A DNA stretch of 36,042 bases from an uncultured Planctomycetaceae bacterium (GTDB taxonomy: Bacteria > Planctomycetota > UBA8742 > UBA2392): NCBI GenBank assembly GCA_964571035.1, contig CAZNBU010000001.1, positions 5,533 to 41,574 on the forward strand. The letters are read 5' to 3'. Both the position numbers and the translations under genes were made by a program. Below are positions 15,976-25,514 of the stretch, one piece after another; position 1 is the first letter of the stretch; the number at the start of each line of letters is the position of its first letter. Below the pieces are notes generated by a model. The model saw only the letters and a list, made by a program, of their open reading frames with translations. It made no database searches and was not told where the DNA came from.

Positions 15976-17245
15976 CGCGGACGTGCTTGGCCGTCAGCCT
16001 GTCGTACCGGATCCAGAGGGAATGCCACCACTCCGGCTGCTTGAGCGTGGCAATGGTGGTCTTGTTCTGGTCATTAAGGTCGTCGATCGGCGGGTTGAAG
16101 TCGAAGTCCTCCGGCTTCAACGCGCCGAGGTCCACGATCACCCGGACGTTTTCTTCGTTGAAGCGATCCTGCTGGCCCTTTGCGACAAGCAGCTCGACTT
16201 TCAGCTCCTTCTGGATGCCGCCGGTGGGTCGCACACTGTAGTCCTGAAGCCAGGCCGGAAGCAGAACCTGAACCGGAAAGGTCTGCTGAAGCGGAACGGT
16301 GTCCTGCTCTTTCGTGAAGTGAAACTCAAGGTTGACGTGGGTGACCGGCTCCGTGCCCGGCTCGCCGTCGGCGGGCTTGGTCACTTGCAGCACGGTGATC
16401 TCATCCCGCACCGCGAACGCCGCGGATACGGTGAGCTTGGCCTCCTGTGAAAGCAGCTGCTCGATCGTCTTGTTCTCGTTGGTCCTGCGGATGTTGATCG
16501 TCTCGCCGACATCCAGCCTTTGCAGCGCAAGCTTGGCTTCGGTGGCTGTTCCGCCCAGTTGTTCAATCCGGCTTAGCGGGCCGCGCACCTTCAGCTCGGT
16601 GCCGGGAACCACGCTGATCTTGTGCGCGTAGCCCGGTACCTTGCCGACGATGCCGCCGCTTGCGCTGAGATCCACAACCGCGGGCCGGGTTACATAGGGC
16701 TCCAGCTCGACCACTACCTTCTCGCCGGTAACCGCGACCACGTCCAATTCCGCCGGTTGCTTGCTGTCGTCAGAGACACGAATGTCGTCGCGCCCGATCT
16801 CAAGGGTGATGGGCCGGCCGGCTGCGGCGGCCCCTGCGGGTATGTCCGATGAGGCGATGCGGCAAACGTACATGTAGCGGCCGGGGTTCTCGCGCAGTTC
16901 GTTGGCGAAGTCGTTCAACCTGCGCGCGGGCCCGGACACCTCCACCGTAATCGGGATTGAGTTGTCGGCGGCGGGACCGCGACCGGAGCGGTCCCCGGGC
17001 GGCATGATGCGCCATTGCCCACGAAGTTCGTCCGCCAGCTCAAACCGCAGGCGGGAGTAGTCTTCAAGCCGCTGCGTCTCCGTCACCTGGCCGCGCGCGA
17101 TCCACCACACCAGCACTGAAAGCACGATCAGCACCACATGCACGCTGATCCCCAGCGGCAAAGCCTTTGGTTTGCGGATGGTGTCCGTGCGCCGGGAAAC
17201 CCCGGAGGCCCGCGCCCCGCTGATTGTCGTCGCGCCGCTGTTCAT
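15911..17245 (-). CDS. cdaR: YbbR-domain protein, CdaR-like regulator of diadenylate cyclase
   Basis: It has an N-terminal TM anchor ('LGISVHVVLIVLSVLVWWIA') followed by about 400 aa of repetitive beta-rich sequence, as in YbbR/CdaR. It sits immediately downstream of cdaA with an ATGA overlap (17245-17242), the conserved cdaA-cdaR arrangement. The call rests mainly on position and architecture. Confidence 0.7.
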   Translation of the reverse strand: MNSGATTISGARASGVSRRTDTIRKPKALPLGISVHVVLIVLSVLVWWIARGQVTETQRLEDYSRLRFELADELRGQWRIMPPGDRSGRGPAADNSIPITVEVSGPARRLNDFANELRENPGRYMYVCRIASSDIPAGAAAAGRPITLEIGRDDIRVSDDSKQPAELDVVAVTGEKVVVELEPYVTRPAVVDLSASGGIVGKVPGYAHKISVVPGTELKVRGPLSRIEQLGGTATEAKLALQRLDVGETINIRRTNENKTIEQLLSQEAKLTVSAAFAVRDEITVLQVTKPADGEPGTEPVTHVNLEFHFTKEQDTVPLQQTFPVQVLLPAWLQDYSVRPTGGIQKELKVELLVAKGQQDRFNEENVRVIVDLGALKPEDFDFNPPIDDLNDQNKTTIATLKQPEWWHSLWIRYDRLTAKHVRDGLSDEQYEKITGLTLECTKK

Positions 17246-18033
17246 GTCTGTGCCGCCTGGGTGTTGCCGACCGCCGCCTGCAGCGCGTCGCCAAGGTTCT
17301 CGCGCAGGTAGCGTTCCAACTGATCGCGGGAAAGGTCCTGCTGCAATTCGCCTTTCAAGGCGACGCTTACCTTGCCCGTTTCTTCACTTACTACGATTAC
17401 CAGCGCGTCCGTCTCCTCGCTCAACCCGATACCCGCCCTGTGGCGCGTGCCGAGCCGCTTGCTGATATCCGGGTTCTCGGTCAGCGGGAACAGGCAACCT
17501 GCGGCCACGACGCGCGCGCCACGAATCACGATCGCGCCATCGTGCAGCGGGTTGCCGGGGTAGAACACACTGTCGATCAACTCTGGGGTCAGCAGCGCGT
17601 CAAGCTCCACACCGCGCTCAATGTAGTTGCGCAGGCCGACGCCGCGCTCAATGGCCATTAGTGCGCCGGTTTTGGCGCGCGCGAGACGAAACACCGTCGC
17701 CACCAGCCGCGGTACCAGGTCTTCGCGCCGCGCGACAAGCCGCAGAAAAAGCCGGTTCTGGCCAAGGCGCGAGAGGCCGCGCCGCAACTCCGGCTGAAAG
17801 ATGACGAGCACGCCGATGAAAAGGTAGTCAACCACCTTTTCCATCAGGCTTTTGATGCGGAAGAGTTGCAGGGCATCGGCAACCAGGTAGATGCCGATCA
17901 GCAGCGCCGTAAAGATGATCGCCACGCCGCGCAGGGCGCTGTCGCCGGTGCTGCCCTTCACGAACTTGTAGACAAGCAGCAGGAACAAGTAGATGAGGAG
18001 AATCTCGACGCCGTAGATGAGATACTCGGTCAT
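17242..18033 (-). CDS. cdaA: Diadenylate cyclase CdaA (membrane-anchored DAC/DisA_N domain)
   Basis: Three N-terminal hydrophobic helices are followed by the DAC domain 'TGALMAIERG...FYPGNPLHDGAIVIRG.RVVAAGCLFPLTE...LGTRHRAGIGLSEETDALVIVVSEETGKVS'. The start is set at ATG 18033 (MTEYLIYGV...), which overlaps the folP stop (ATGA). The ORF-track start is 18087. Confidence 0.9.
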   Translation of the reverse strand: MTEYLIYGVEILLIYLFLLLVYKFVKGSTGDSALRGVAIIFTALLIGIYLVADALQLFRIKSLMEKVVDYLFIGVLVIFQPELRRGLSRLGQNRLFLRLVARREDLVPRLVATVFRLARAKTGALMAIERGVGLRNYIERGVELDALLTPELIDSVFYPGNPLHDGAIVIRGARVVAAGCLFPLTENPDISKRLGTRHRAGIGLSEETDALVIVVSEETGKVSVALKGELQQDLSRDQLERYLRENLGDALQAAVGNTQAAQT

Positions 18034-18887
18034 CCGTCCCCCTGGGGCTGCATCGCGCGCGCAACAGTGAGCGCACGGCGCATCCACCCGACTTCATGCA
18101 CCCGCAGCACCGCCGCGGCATGCAGCGCGCCCATCAGCCCGGCTGCCAGGCTTTCGGGCTCGCGGTCCTGCACCGGTGCGCCCGTCAGGCTGCCCAGCGT
18201 TGATTTTCTGGAGACGCCGAGCAGGACAGGCAAGCCTAGAGCGGTCAGTTCACCAAGCCTTGCAACCAGCTCCAGGTTGTGCCGCGGAAGTTTACCAAAC
18301 CCGAAACCGGGGTCTATCCAGAGGTGTTCACGCGGCACGCCCGCGTTCTCGGCCGCCTTTGCGCGCGCAGCCAGATAGTCCCGCACCTCCACGACGACGT
18401 CGTCGTACTCCGGGTGGTCCTGCATGGTTCGCGGCGTGCCGACCATGTGCATGAGCACCAGCAGGCACTCGCGCTCGGCGCAGACACGCAGGATGCGGGG
18501 GTCGATTGTGCCGGCTGTGACGTCGTTGACGATGTCGGCGCCGGCATCCAGGGCGGCCGATGCGACCTGGGACTTCATGGTGTCGATGCTGATGGCGACG
18601 TTCGGCGCAAGGGCGCGCACTTCGCGGATCACGGGCACGACGCGGGCGATTTCTTCCTGTGTATCAACCGGCGCGGCGCCCGGGCGGGTGGACTCGCCGC
18701 CGATGTCGATGATGTCAGCCCCGTCGCGCACCAGCTTCATAGCGTGCTGCACAGCACTGCCCGCGCCCGCATGCTTCCCGCCGTCGCTGAAGCTGTCGGG
18801 GGTAACGTTGACGATGCCCATCAGCAGCGGCCACGGCGCTTGAAGCGGGCGTTCTGGTGTGTGCGAGAAATGGTCCGGAAGCGGCAT
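18030..18887 (-). CDS. folP: Dihydropteroate synthase
   Basis: 'LMGIVNVTPDSFSDGG', 'DIIDIGGESTRPGA', 'ISIDT' and 'ADIVNDV' are canonical pterin-binding DHPS motifs. Confidence 0.9.
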   Translation of the reverse strand: MPLPDHFSHTPERPLQAPWPLLMGIVNVTPDSFSDGGKHAGAGSAVQHAMKLVRDGADIIDIGGESTRPGAAPVDTQEEIARVVPVIREVRALAPNVAISIDTMKSQVASAALDAGADIVNDVTAGTIDPRILRVCAERECLLVLMHMVGTPRTMQDHPEYDDVVVEVRDYLAARAKAAENAGVPREHLWIDPGFGFGKLPRHNLELVARLGELTALGLPVLLGVSRKSTLGSLTGAPVQDREPESLAAGLMGALHAAAVLRVHEVGWMRRALTVARAMQPQGDG

Positions 18888-18924
18888 GGCGACAGCATGC
18901 GAATTCGGGTGGCGCGCTTCAACG

Positions 18925-19305
18925 CTACGCCGAGCCGCCGTCCGCCTTGCAGGCGGCGACGAGCATGCGGGTTACTTCTTTCTGCCGTACGTCGGCGGCT
19001 TTGCGCAGCTTGATGTGGCGCAGGTCTTTGCCGGTGCCTTCGAGCAGGCCGTCGGGATCTTCGAGGTGCGCGCCGCGCCAGAATTCGAGGTTCACGTATT
19101 TGCGCATCACGAGCAGGCTGACGATGTTTCCGTTGCCGGTCCAGCAAGGCCATCCCCACTTCACCGTCTGCTGTGCGTGCGGGATGTGCTTTTCGATCGC
19201 CTGGACCGCGGCGTTGACGATTGGGCCCAGTGGGCGGCCGAGGCGCCTGGCGTAGTCGCGGGCGGGTTCGTCCTTTGCTGCCTTGGTGGATTTGCCGGCG
19301 CCCAT
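18925..19305 (-). CDS. Small DUF1801/YdhG-like protein (126 aa)
   Basis: Start at ATG 19305 (MGAGKSTKAAKDEP...). 'VKWGWPCWTGNGNIVSLLVMRKYVNLEFWRG' resembles the DUF1801 core. The upstream part of the 241-aa ORF-track version is Arg/Pro-rich and overlaps the ftsH 3' end. Confidence 0.55.
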   Translation of the reverse strand: MGAGKSTKAAKDEPARDYARRLGRPLGPIVNAAVQAIEKHIPHAQQTVKWGWPCWTGNGNIVSLLVMRKYVNLEFWRGAHLEDPDGLLEGTGKDLRHIKLRKAADVRQKEVTRMLVAACKADGGSA

Positions 19306-19376
19306 GAACGGTCTTATGCAATTGGATGACTCTGCCGGGTCGGCCCCTCGCTTGCGCTTCGGGCTCCTGCTCTCCG

Positions 19377-21428
19377 CTACGCGGTTCCTGGTTGCTCGGC
19401 TGGGCCGGCGAACCCTGGCGACTCGCCCGACTTGTGGCGCTCGCGGGCTTCTTCCATGGCGCGGTGCTTGGCGGCGGCCTGCTCGCGCTTGGTCTCTTCG
19501 GCGGCTTGCCGGCGGTGCGCCTCCAGATCGCCGCTCTTGAGGATGATCTCGAGGTCGGCGTGGTCCAGCGTTTCGTACTTCAGCAGCGCTTCGGCAATTG
19601 TGCGCAGCTTCTCGCGGTTTTCGTTGATCAGCGTGACCGTCTTCTCCCACGCTTCATCGATCAGCCGCCGCATTTCCTCGTCGATCGCCTTGCGCGTTTC
19701 ATCGCTGTGGTCACTTGGCCGCATGACCGCCTGGCCCATATACGTCTGGTCTTCGTCGCCGGAGTAATTCAGGAACCCGATGCGCGGGCTCATCCCCCAC
19801 TCCGTGACCATCTTGCGCGTAAGGTTGGTGGCTTGCTGGATGTCGCTCGCGGCGCCGGCATCGATCTCGCCGAACTCCACGTGCTCGGCCGCGCGCCCGC
19901 CCATGAACACCATCAGCATCTGCTCGGCGCGCGACTTGGGCATGCCGTAGCGATCTTTCTCTGGCAAGCTCATGGTCGCGCCCAGCGCCCGGCCGCGCGG
20001 GATAATCGTTACCTTGTGGACCTTGTCGGTCTTTGGCGTCAGTTCCTGCACAAGGGCGTGACCGGCTTCGTGATATGCGGTCAGCTTCTTTTCTTCCTCT
20101 TCCATGACGCGCGAGCGCTTCTGGCGGCCGAAGGCGACGCGGTCGCGCGCTTCAAGCATGCACTCGCGGTCGATCTCGTCGAGGTTGCGCAGCACGGCGA
20201 TCAGCGCGGCTTCGTTGACGAGGTTCATGATGTCCGCGCCGCTGAACCCGGGGATCAGCTTGGCGACCTCATGCGCGTCCACCGCCGGGCCCGCCTTGAC
20301 CTTCTTGAGGTGCACGCGAAGGATTTCCTCGCGGCCCTTAAGGTCAGGCAGATCGATGAACACCTGGCGATCGAAGCGGCCGGGACGCAGCAACGCGTTG
20401 TCAAGCACGTCCGGGCGGTTGGTGGCTGCCAGAATGATCACGCCTTCGCTGCTGCCGATGCCGTCCATTTCGACCAGCAGGGCGTTGAGTGTCTGTTCGC
20501 GCTCGTCGTGCCCGCCGCCCACGCCGGTGCCGCGACGGCGGCCCACGGCGTCGATCTCGTCAATGAACACAATGCACGGCGCGCTTTCGCGGGCGGTGCG
20601 GAACAGGTCGCGCACGCGCGAGGCGCCCACGCCCACGAACATCTCTACGAAATCGCTGCCGCTGATGCTGAAGAACGGGCGGTCCGCTTCGCCGGCAATC
20701 GCCTTGGCCAGAAGTGTCTTGCCGCAACCCGGCGGGCCGATCAACAGCACGCCCTTGGGGATCTTGGCGCCAAGCCGCGAGAAGCGTTGCGGGTTGCGCA
20801 GGAACTCCACGATCTCGGAGACTTCTTCCTTGGCTTCGTCCGCGCCCGCGACGTCGGTGAACGTGACGGTGACGTCTTCCTTGTTGAACATCTTGGCGCG
20901 CGACTTGCCGAATGCCATCACGCCGCCGCCCAGCGGGCCGCCCGCGCGGCGGAAGAAGAAGAACCACACCAGCGCGATGATGATGATGAACGGGACGATG
21001 TTCTTCAGGAACCACCCGAGATTATCGTTCATCTCCTCGGGCTTGATCTTGACGTTGGCGTGGATGACGCGCTCTTTGCCTTCCTTCTCGGCGTTGACCC
21101 ACTTGTCCCAGGTCGCCTTGTCCACCTCGGCGGTGAACTGCTGCGGCTTGTCCTCCGGCGCGTTGGCGTACTTGCCGGTGATGTGGATGACGTTGCCGCT
21201 TTCGGGGAACTTGGGGTTGAGCGACTCAATCTCGTTGGCGCGCAGCTTGGCTTCCAGCTCGTTGGACGCGAGCTTTTCGTTGCTGCCGTTCATCTCAACG
21301 ACAGCCAGCAGCACCAGCAGCATCACCATCGCGCCGAGCGCCAGCACGAACAGGGGCAGGCCCTTGGGACGCTTGCCCGGCGGGCCGGGGCGGCGCTGTT
21401 CTTCAGGCTTATTGTCTTCGATCTTCAT
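19377..21428 (-). CDS. ftsH: ATP-dependent zinc metalloprotease FtsH
   Basis: Walker A '[18 protein letters not shown]', Walker B 'IVFIDEIDA', SRH '[19 protein letters not shown]' and zinc site 'HEAGHA'. The start is set at ATG 21428 (MKIEDNK...) with AAGGAAG just upstream. The ORF-track start is 21479. Confidence 0.95.
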   Translation of the reverse strand: MKIEDNKPEEQRRPGPPGKRPKGLPLFVLALGAMVMLLVLLAVVEMNGSNEKLASNELEAKLRANEIESLNPKFPESGNVIHITGKYANAPEDKPQQFTAEVDKATWDKWVNAEKEGKERVIHANVKIKPEEMNDNLGWFLKNIVPFIIIIALVWFFFFRRAGGPLGGGVMAFGKSRAKMFNKEDVTVTFTDVAGADEAKEEVSEIVEFLRNPQRFSRLGAKIPKGVLLIGPPGCGKTLLAKAIAGEADRPFFSISGSDFVEMFVGVGASRVRDLFRTARESAPCIVFIDEIDAVGRRRGTGVGGGHDEREQTLNALLVEMDGIGSSEGVIILAATNRPDVLDNALLRPGRFDRQVFIDLPDLKGREEILRVHLKKVKAGPAVDAHEVAKLIPGFSGADIMNLVNEAALIAVLRNLDEIDRECMLEARDRVAFGRQKRSRVMEEEEKKLTAYHEAGHALVQELTPKTDKVHKVTIIPRGRALGATMSLPEKDRYGMPKSRAEQMLMVFMGGRAAEHVEFGEIDAGAASDIQQATNLTRKMVTEWGMSPRIGFLNYSGDEDQTYMGQAVMRPSDHSDETRKAIDEEMRRLIDEAWEKTVTLINENREKLRTIAEALLKYETLDHADLEIILKSGDLEAHRRQAAEETKREQAAAKHRAMEEARERHKSGESPGFAGPAEQPGTA

Positions 21429-21522
21429 CGACTTCCTTATGCCGCGGTGCCCGGCAACCCTGCCGGCCGCCCGCGTCACCCCTGAAACGCACTACTGTAC
21501 CACGGGTGTTCCCTTATGTGCG

Positions 21523-22065
21523 CTATTTCTCAGGCGCCCATTCCGTATCGGCAGCCACGTCCAGAATCTCGCGCGATAGCTCCCGCCACAGCCGATCCAG
21601 CCCCGCTTCGCGCGAATCGCCGATGCCCGGTGTGTAGTTAATCGAAACCGTCACCGGCCGGTTCAAACGTTTCCCCGGCAGGGCGTCGCCGATGGCCTGC
21701 ACCTGCGCCTTGGCAAGCAGCTGGATTTCGGCGCGCTCACCGGTGTCCAGGTCTTCAACCAACGTGGGTTCCGTGAAGTATGTCAGCGACACTTTCAGGC
21801 GGACGTCCGCGGCGCCATCTCTCAAGATCAAACGACGGTCCGTGGCGATTTCATCCTTCAGACGGCGCGTCAGGTCGTACTCGAGGTTCGGGCGGTGCGG
21901 GATGGTGCGGTTCTCGACTGTGTCCAGCGAAACGGTTCGCGGCGGCTGTGAATCCAGCGACGCCCCCCACCGGTAACCGCACCCGCTCAAACACATCACC
22001 AACAGGGCCGCCAGCACACCCAACCCGGGTTGCATCGCTACGCGAATCCAGTTGCGAGTCAGCAT
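21523..22065 (-). CDS. lptE: LptE-like LPS-assembly lipoprotein (tentative)
   Basis: Lipobox followed by 'LSGCGYRWG', compared with E. coli LptE 'TAGCGWHLR'. The segment '[29 protein letters not shown]' and the size (180 aa) fit LptE-like proteins. The start is 2 nt after the upstream gene's stop. Confidence 0.5.
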   Translation of the reverse strand: MLTRNWIRVAMQPGLGVLAALLVMCLSGCGYRWGASLDSQPPRTVSLDTVENRTIPHRPNLEYDLTRRLKDEIATDRRLILRDGAADVRLKVSLTYFTEPTLVEDLDTGERAEIQLLAKAQVQAIGDALPGKRLNRPVTVSINYTPGIGDSREAGLDRLWRELSREILDVAADTEWAPEK

Positions 22066-22067
22066 GA

Positions 22068-23258
22068 TTACCCCGCCTGGGGTCCGGGTTGCAGCGCCTT
22101 CTTGCGTGCCACCAGCTTCTCTTCGGTTTCTTCGGCAAGGGCGATGTAGTAGTCGCGCGCAGCCGACTCACCTAGGCGCGAGTAGGTATCGGCAGCGTTG
22201 AGGTGCCGCTCGACAAACACGCCGTACACCTTCTCGAGCAGCAGGATGAACTGCGAGTGCAGCGACTCGGGGATGTTGGGGTTTTCGAAGCGATACAGCT
22301 CGTACTCACCAAGCAACTCGTCGGCGCGCTCGTAGTACACGCGGTCGTAGATGTACCCCTTGCTGGTCGCCATGGTCTGGTCGATCTGCCACATCAGGGC
22401 GTAGGGGCGCCAGCGGGTGTCGGTATCGCGCAGTCCGGCGCCGCGGTACAGCAGGCCGAACGTGTTGGCGGCAATCGGCGCCGCACCGTTGCGGCGTTGT
22501 GCATGCCCCATGATGAAGAGCGTGTCGGCCTTAACGCTCGGTGGCGGGTTAATTGACAGCATGTCCTCGGCGGTGAAGATCGTGCGGTTGAAGTCCTGCG
22601 CCGCGTACATCAGCCAGCACACGTCACGGCCAAGGTTGCCGACATCGCGTCGATAGCGCGAAAGCTGGATTGCCGGCAGGTAGAAGTTCGCCAGCGTCTC
22701 CACGTCGCGCTGCGCGGCTTCAAGCCGGCCGCTGCGGTAGATCGCATAGGCGTCCGGCTCAAGCATTTCAATGAACTCCTGCACCGGCAGCGCGCGAATC
22801 TGCGTTGCGACCTCGCGGGTCTGCGCGGTGCCGGCCATCAGGGCGCGCAGGTCGTCATCGTGGTTCGGCGCGAGATAGACGAACATCCAGCGATCGAGCG
22901 AAAGGGCCGTGGAAAGGCGGCTCTCGGCGCCGGCGCGGCCGGCTTCAAACTGTGCGCGGATACGCAGCAGAATTGCATCGACGGCCCGCGAGCCTTCCGG
23001 GTACGTCTGTGTCAGCGCCAGCGAAAACGCGATGCACTCATCCCAGCGGCGCTCATCGAAGGCCGCCTCGGCGGAGTTGAACAGCGTCTGCTCGGTCTGG
23101 TTTGTCGCGGCGTTCTCGCGTGTGATGCCGACGCCGGGCTCGTAAACCAATCCGCCGGCGCCGGGCGGCCCGACATACATCGGGTCGGGCGCCTGCTTGC
23201 ACCCAGCCAGCAGCGCCACGAGACACAGGGATGCCAGAGGCAGGTAGGTTCGCGTCAT
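22068..23258 (-). CDS. Helical-repeat (TPR-like) lipoprotein, function unknown (BamD/YbgF-like N-terminal repeat?)
   Basis: Start set at ATG 23258 (MTRTYLPLASLCLVALLAGC; lipobox LAGC). 'FNSAEAAFDERRWDECIAFSLALTQTYPEGSRAVDAILLRIRAQFEAG' resembles a BamD/YbgF-type TPR. The ORF-track start is 23372. Confidence 0.5.
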   Translation of the reverse strand: MTRTYLPLASLCLVALLAGCKQAPDPMYVGPPGAGGLVYEPGVGITRENAATNQTEQTLFNSAEAAFDERRWDECIAFSLALTQTYPEGSRAVDAILLRIRAQFEAGRAGAESRLSTALSLDRWMFVYLAPNHDDDLRALMAGTAQTREVATQIRALPVQEFIEMLEPDAYAIYRSGRLEAAQRDVETLANFYLPAIQLSRYRRDVGNLGRDVCWLMYAAQDFNRTIFTAEDMLSINPPPSVKADTLFIMGHAQRRNGAAPIAANTFGLLYRGAGLRDTDTRWRPYALMWQIDQTMATSKGYIYDRVYYERADELLGEYELYRFENPNIPESLHSQFILLLEKVYGVFVERHLNAADTYSRLGESAARDYYIALAEETEEKLVARKKALQPGPQAG

Positions 23259-23272
23259 CTTCTTCACATCGA

Positions 23273-24019
23273 TCAAGCAGCCCCCGCAACTTCCAGCGCC
23301 TGTACTGTTTTCAGCCGTCTCCCGCCCTGCATTGCTACAAGCCAGGCGAGAAGCGTAAAGGCGCCGGCCCATGCGTCAACGGCGATTCCGTCGCCCCGCT
23401 CCTGCCTGGCCAAAGTCGTCAGCGCGCCGAGGACCGCCGGGGACACACGCACGAGATCGCTGCGACCGTCGGTGTACGGCGGCGCGAGCAGTCCCATCTC
23501 CCGCAGGCTGAAGTTAACCCCCACCTTGCCCGAAGGCTCCTGCCCGGACGCAACGCACTGCGTGACCACCGGCTCAACGCCGAGCGCACACAGCAGGCCC
23601 CAGGCGAACGTGGCCTGTACGCGCGAGGGGTCTGTGCCGGCCAGCGCGCGCAACGCCCGCACAGCCAGCAGCATCACCGCCGGGCCGTCCTGCGGGCCGA
23701 CTTCGATGGACAGCAGCAACTCGCGAATGCTCTCGATGGCCCGGAACTGGGCGTAGTCGCGCCGCGTGCCCGGAAAGAAATCCACCAACTCAGCCTGCGC
23801 GAGAATGCTCAGCGTGCCGCGGCGCGAGCGGTCGTACAGCGCGACGTTGTAAAGGCTCATCAGGTCCAGCGGGCCGCCAATGCTTGATTTCTCGCGCTTG
23901 GCGCCCTTGGCGATGGCGCCGACTGTGCCGGCTTTGTCGGTCAGCAGGGTGAGGATCTGGCTGGTCTCGCTGAAGTCCACTTTGCGAAGGCACAGCGCGG
24001 TGGTGGTGATCAGGGCCAT
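23273..24019 (-). CDS. recO: DNA repair protein RecO
   Basis: The N-terminal OB-fold pattern 'ALCLRKVDFSETSQILTLLTDKAGTVGAIAKGAKREKSSIGGPLDLMSLYNVALY' and the size (248 aa) are typical of RecO. Confidence 0.78.
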   Translation of the reverse strand: MALITTTALCLRKVDFSETSQILTLLTDKAGTVGAIAKGAKREKSSIGGPLDLMSLYNVALYDRSRRGTLSILAQAELVDFFPGTRRDYAQFRAIESIRELLLSIEVGPQDGPAVMLLAVRALRALAGTDPSRVQATFAWGLLCALGVEPVVTQCVASGQEPSGKVGVNFSLREMGLLAPPYTDGRSDLVRVSPAVLGALTTLARQERGDGIAVDAWAGAFTLLAWLVAMQGGRRLKTVQALEVAGAA

Positions 24020-24067
24020 GTGGGAGATGATCGGTCAGCGCCATGCGCACAACAAGTGGGGTGCCGC

Positions 24068-25441
24068 CTACTGCTTGACCTCGGGCTCGGTCGCGTCGGC
24101 GAGCTTTGCGATCTTTACGCGCTTGATGCGCTTTTCGTCGGCTTCCAGCACAGTCAGCCGGTATCCCTCGATGTCCACGGTGTCGTCCGGTTGTGCCAGC
24201 CGCCCCAGGTGATGCAGGATCAGCCCGCCCACGCTGTTGTATTCGTCTTCCTCGGGCAGCTCGATGTCGAGGATGCGGTTGACTTCATCCAGGTCGGCGT
24301 CGCCGTCGGCTTCTGCTTCTTCTTCGCTGATCTGGCGCACGGCCTTGTGCTCGGTGTCCGTTTCGCCCGGATCGTACTCGTCCTGAATATCGCCGACGAT
24401 TTCTTCAAGGATGTCCTCCAGCGTGATCATCCCGGCTGTACCGCCGTGCTCGTCGGTGAGGATTGCAATCTTGAGCCTGTCCGCCCGCATCTCGCGCAGC
24501 AGGTCATCGAGCGGCTTACCCGCGGGCCAGAAACGCGCGGGGCGGATGATCTTGCGCAGGCTTAGCTGGCGGTCTGCTGGCGCCACGGACCAGCTTGGCA
24601 CCAGGTCGCGAATGTAGAACACGCCGATGATGTGGTCGCGGTCGCCCTCATAGACCGGCAGCCGGCTGTGGCCTTCCGTGATTGCCAGTTGCAGCGCGCC
24701 GTTGATGCCCTCCTCGACATCGGCGCAGACCATGTCGGTGCGTGGGATCATGGCGCGCGAGGCGGGCGTTTTGCCCAGCTCCACGACGTTGTGGATCATC
24801 TCGCGTTCTTCTTCATCCAGCACGCCTTCGCGCTCAGCCTCCTCAAGGCTGTCCGCAAGGTCGTCCTCGAAGGACTCTTGCGCGTCTTCGTTGACTTCCA
24901 CGCCTTCAATGCGGGCGCCCACTTTGCGCAGGCTGCCGCCGATGGCGGTGAGCGGCTTGAACGGGATCGCCAGCACCGCGAACGTCGGCAGCAGCACCAG
25001 CAATGCGGCCTCTTCACGATGGCGCAGAATCAGCGGCGGCACGATGATCACGCACACCACCAGCGAGATCACGCCTAGCCCCGCCATCAAAGGCATGCTC
25101 AGCATCAGGATGTCGCGAAGCTGCACCACCAGCAGCGGGGCCGGCGTGGCCTGCATTTCATATGCAGAGCCGGGGATGACGATGGCTGCCCACCCCACCA
25201 GGTGCAGCACAAACCCGATTACGCGGCCGATCTCGGTCACCTGGATGAACTCGTCATCGCGGCGGCACAGCTCCTCGAAGCGGCGCTGGGTGGATTCGTC
25301 CTTTGCGGGGATCAGTTCAAACAGGTGCGCAAGGGCGTAGTTGCGCAGGGCCTCGCCGACGATGGAAACGTAGGCGATCCAGCAAAAGCTCAGGATGACT
25401 GTGGCGACGCCGAACGTGAACGCCGCACTCTCAAGGTCCAA
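24068..25441 (-). CDS. HlyC/CorC-family transporter (DUF21 membrane domain, CBS pair and CorC_HlyC C-terminal domain)
   Basis: It has TM helices with 'GEALRNY' after TM1, a CBS-pair region ('MIPRTDMVCADVEEG...HSRLPVYEGDRDHIIGVFYIRDL') and a C-terminal 'EADGDADLDEVNRILDIELPEE.EYNSVGGLILHHLGRLAQPDDTVDIEGYRLTVLEADEKRIKRVKI'. I prefer a TTG start at 25441 (AGGAG 6 nt upstream; first TM follows directly). The ORF-track ATG is 25537, with another ATG at 25516. Confidence 0.85.
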   Translation of the reverse strand: MDLESAAFTFGVATVILSFCWIAYVSIVGEALRNYALAHLFELIPAKDESTQRRFEELCRRDDEFIQVTEIGRVIGFVLHLVGWAAIVIPGSAYEMQATPAPLLVVQLRDILMLSMPLMAGLGVISLVVCVIIVPPLILRHREEAALLVLLPTFAVLAIPFKPLTAIGGSLRKVGARIEGVEVNEDAQESFEDDLADSLEEAEREGVLDEEEREMIHNVVELGKTPASRAMIPRTDMVCADVEEGINGALQLAITEGHSRLPVYEGDRDHIIGVFYIRDLVPSWSVAPADRQLSLRKIIRPARFWPAGKPLDDLLREMRADRLKIAILTDEHGGTAGMITLEDILEEIVGDIQDEYDPGETDTEHKAVRQISEEEAEADGDADLDEVNRILDIELPEEDEYNSVGGLILHHLGRLAQPDDTVDIEGYRLTVLEADEKRIKRVKIAKLADATEPEVKQ

Positions 25442-25514
25442 GACCGACTCCTGGGGCAGGCCCACATGCGCTGCGCGTTGTGGAAGGTGCCACCTGCCCT
25501 TATGATGAGGCTGC

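Noticed and set aside
18925-19650. Long 241-aa version of the DUF1801-like ORF
   Set aside because: The N-terminal 115 residues are Arg/Pro-rich and overlap the ftsH 3' end. The internal ATG at 19305 gives a compact 126-aa protein that starts after the ftsH stop.
19326-21485. 719-aa plus-strand ORF covering the whole ftsH locus
   Set aside because: It lies exactly antisense to an unmistakable FtsH gene. Its translation is Arg/Ala/Gly/Leu/His-rich low-complexity sequence with no motifs, which is the classic high-GC shadow frame.
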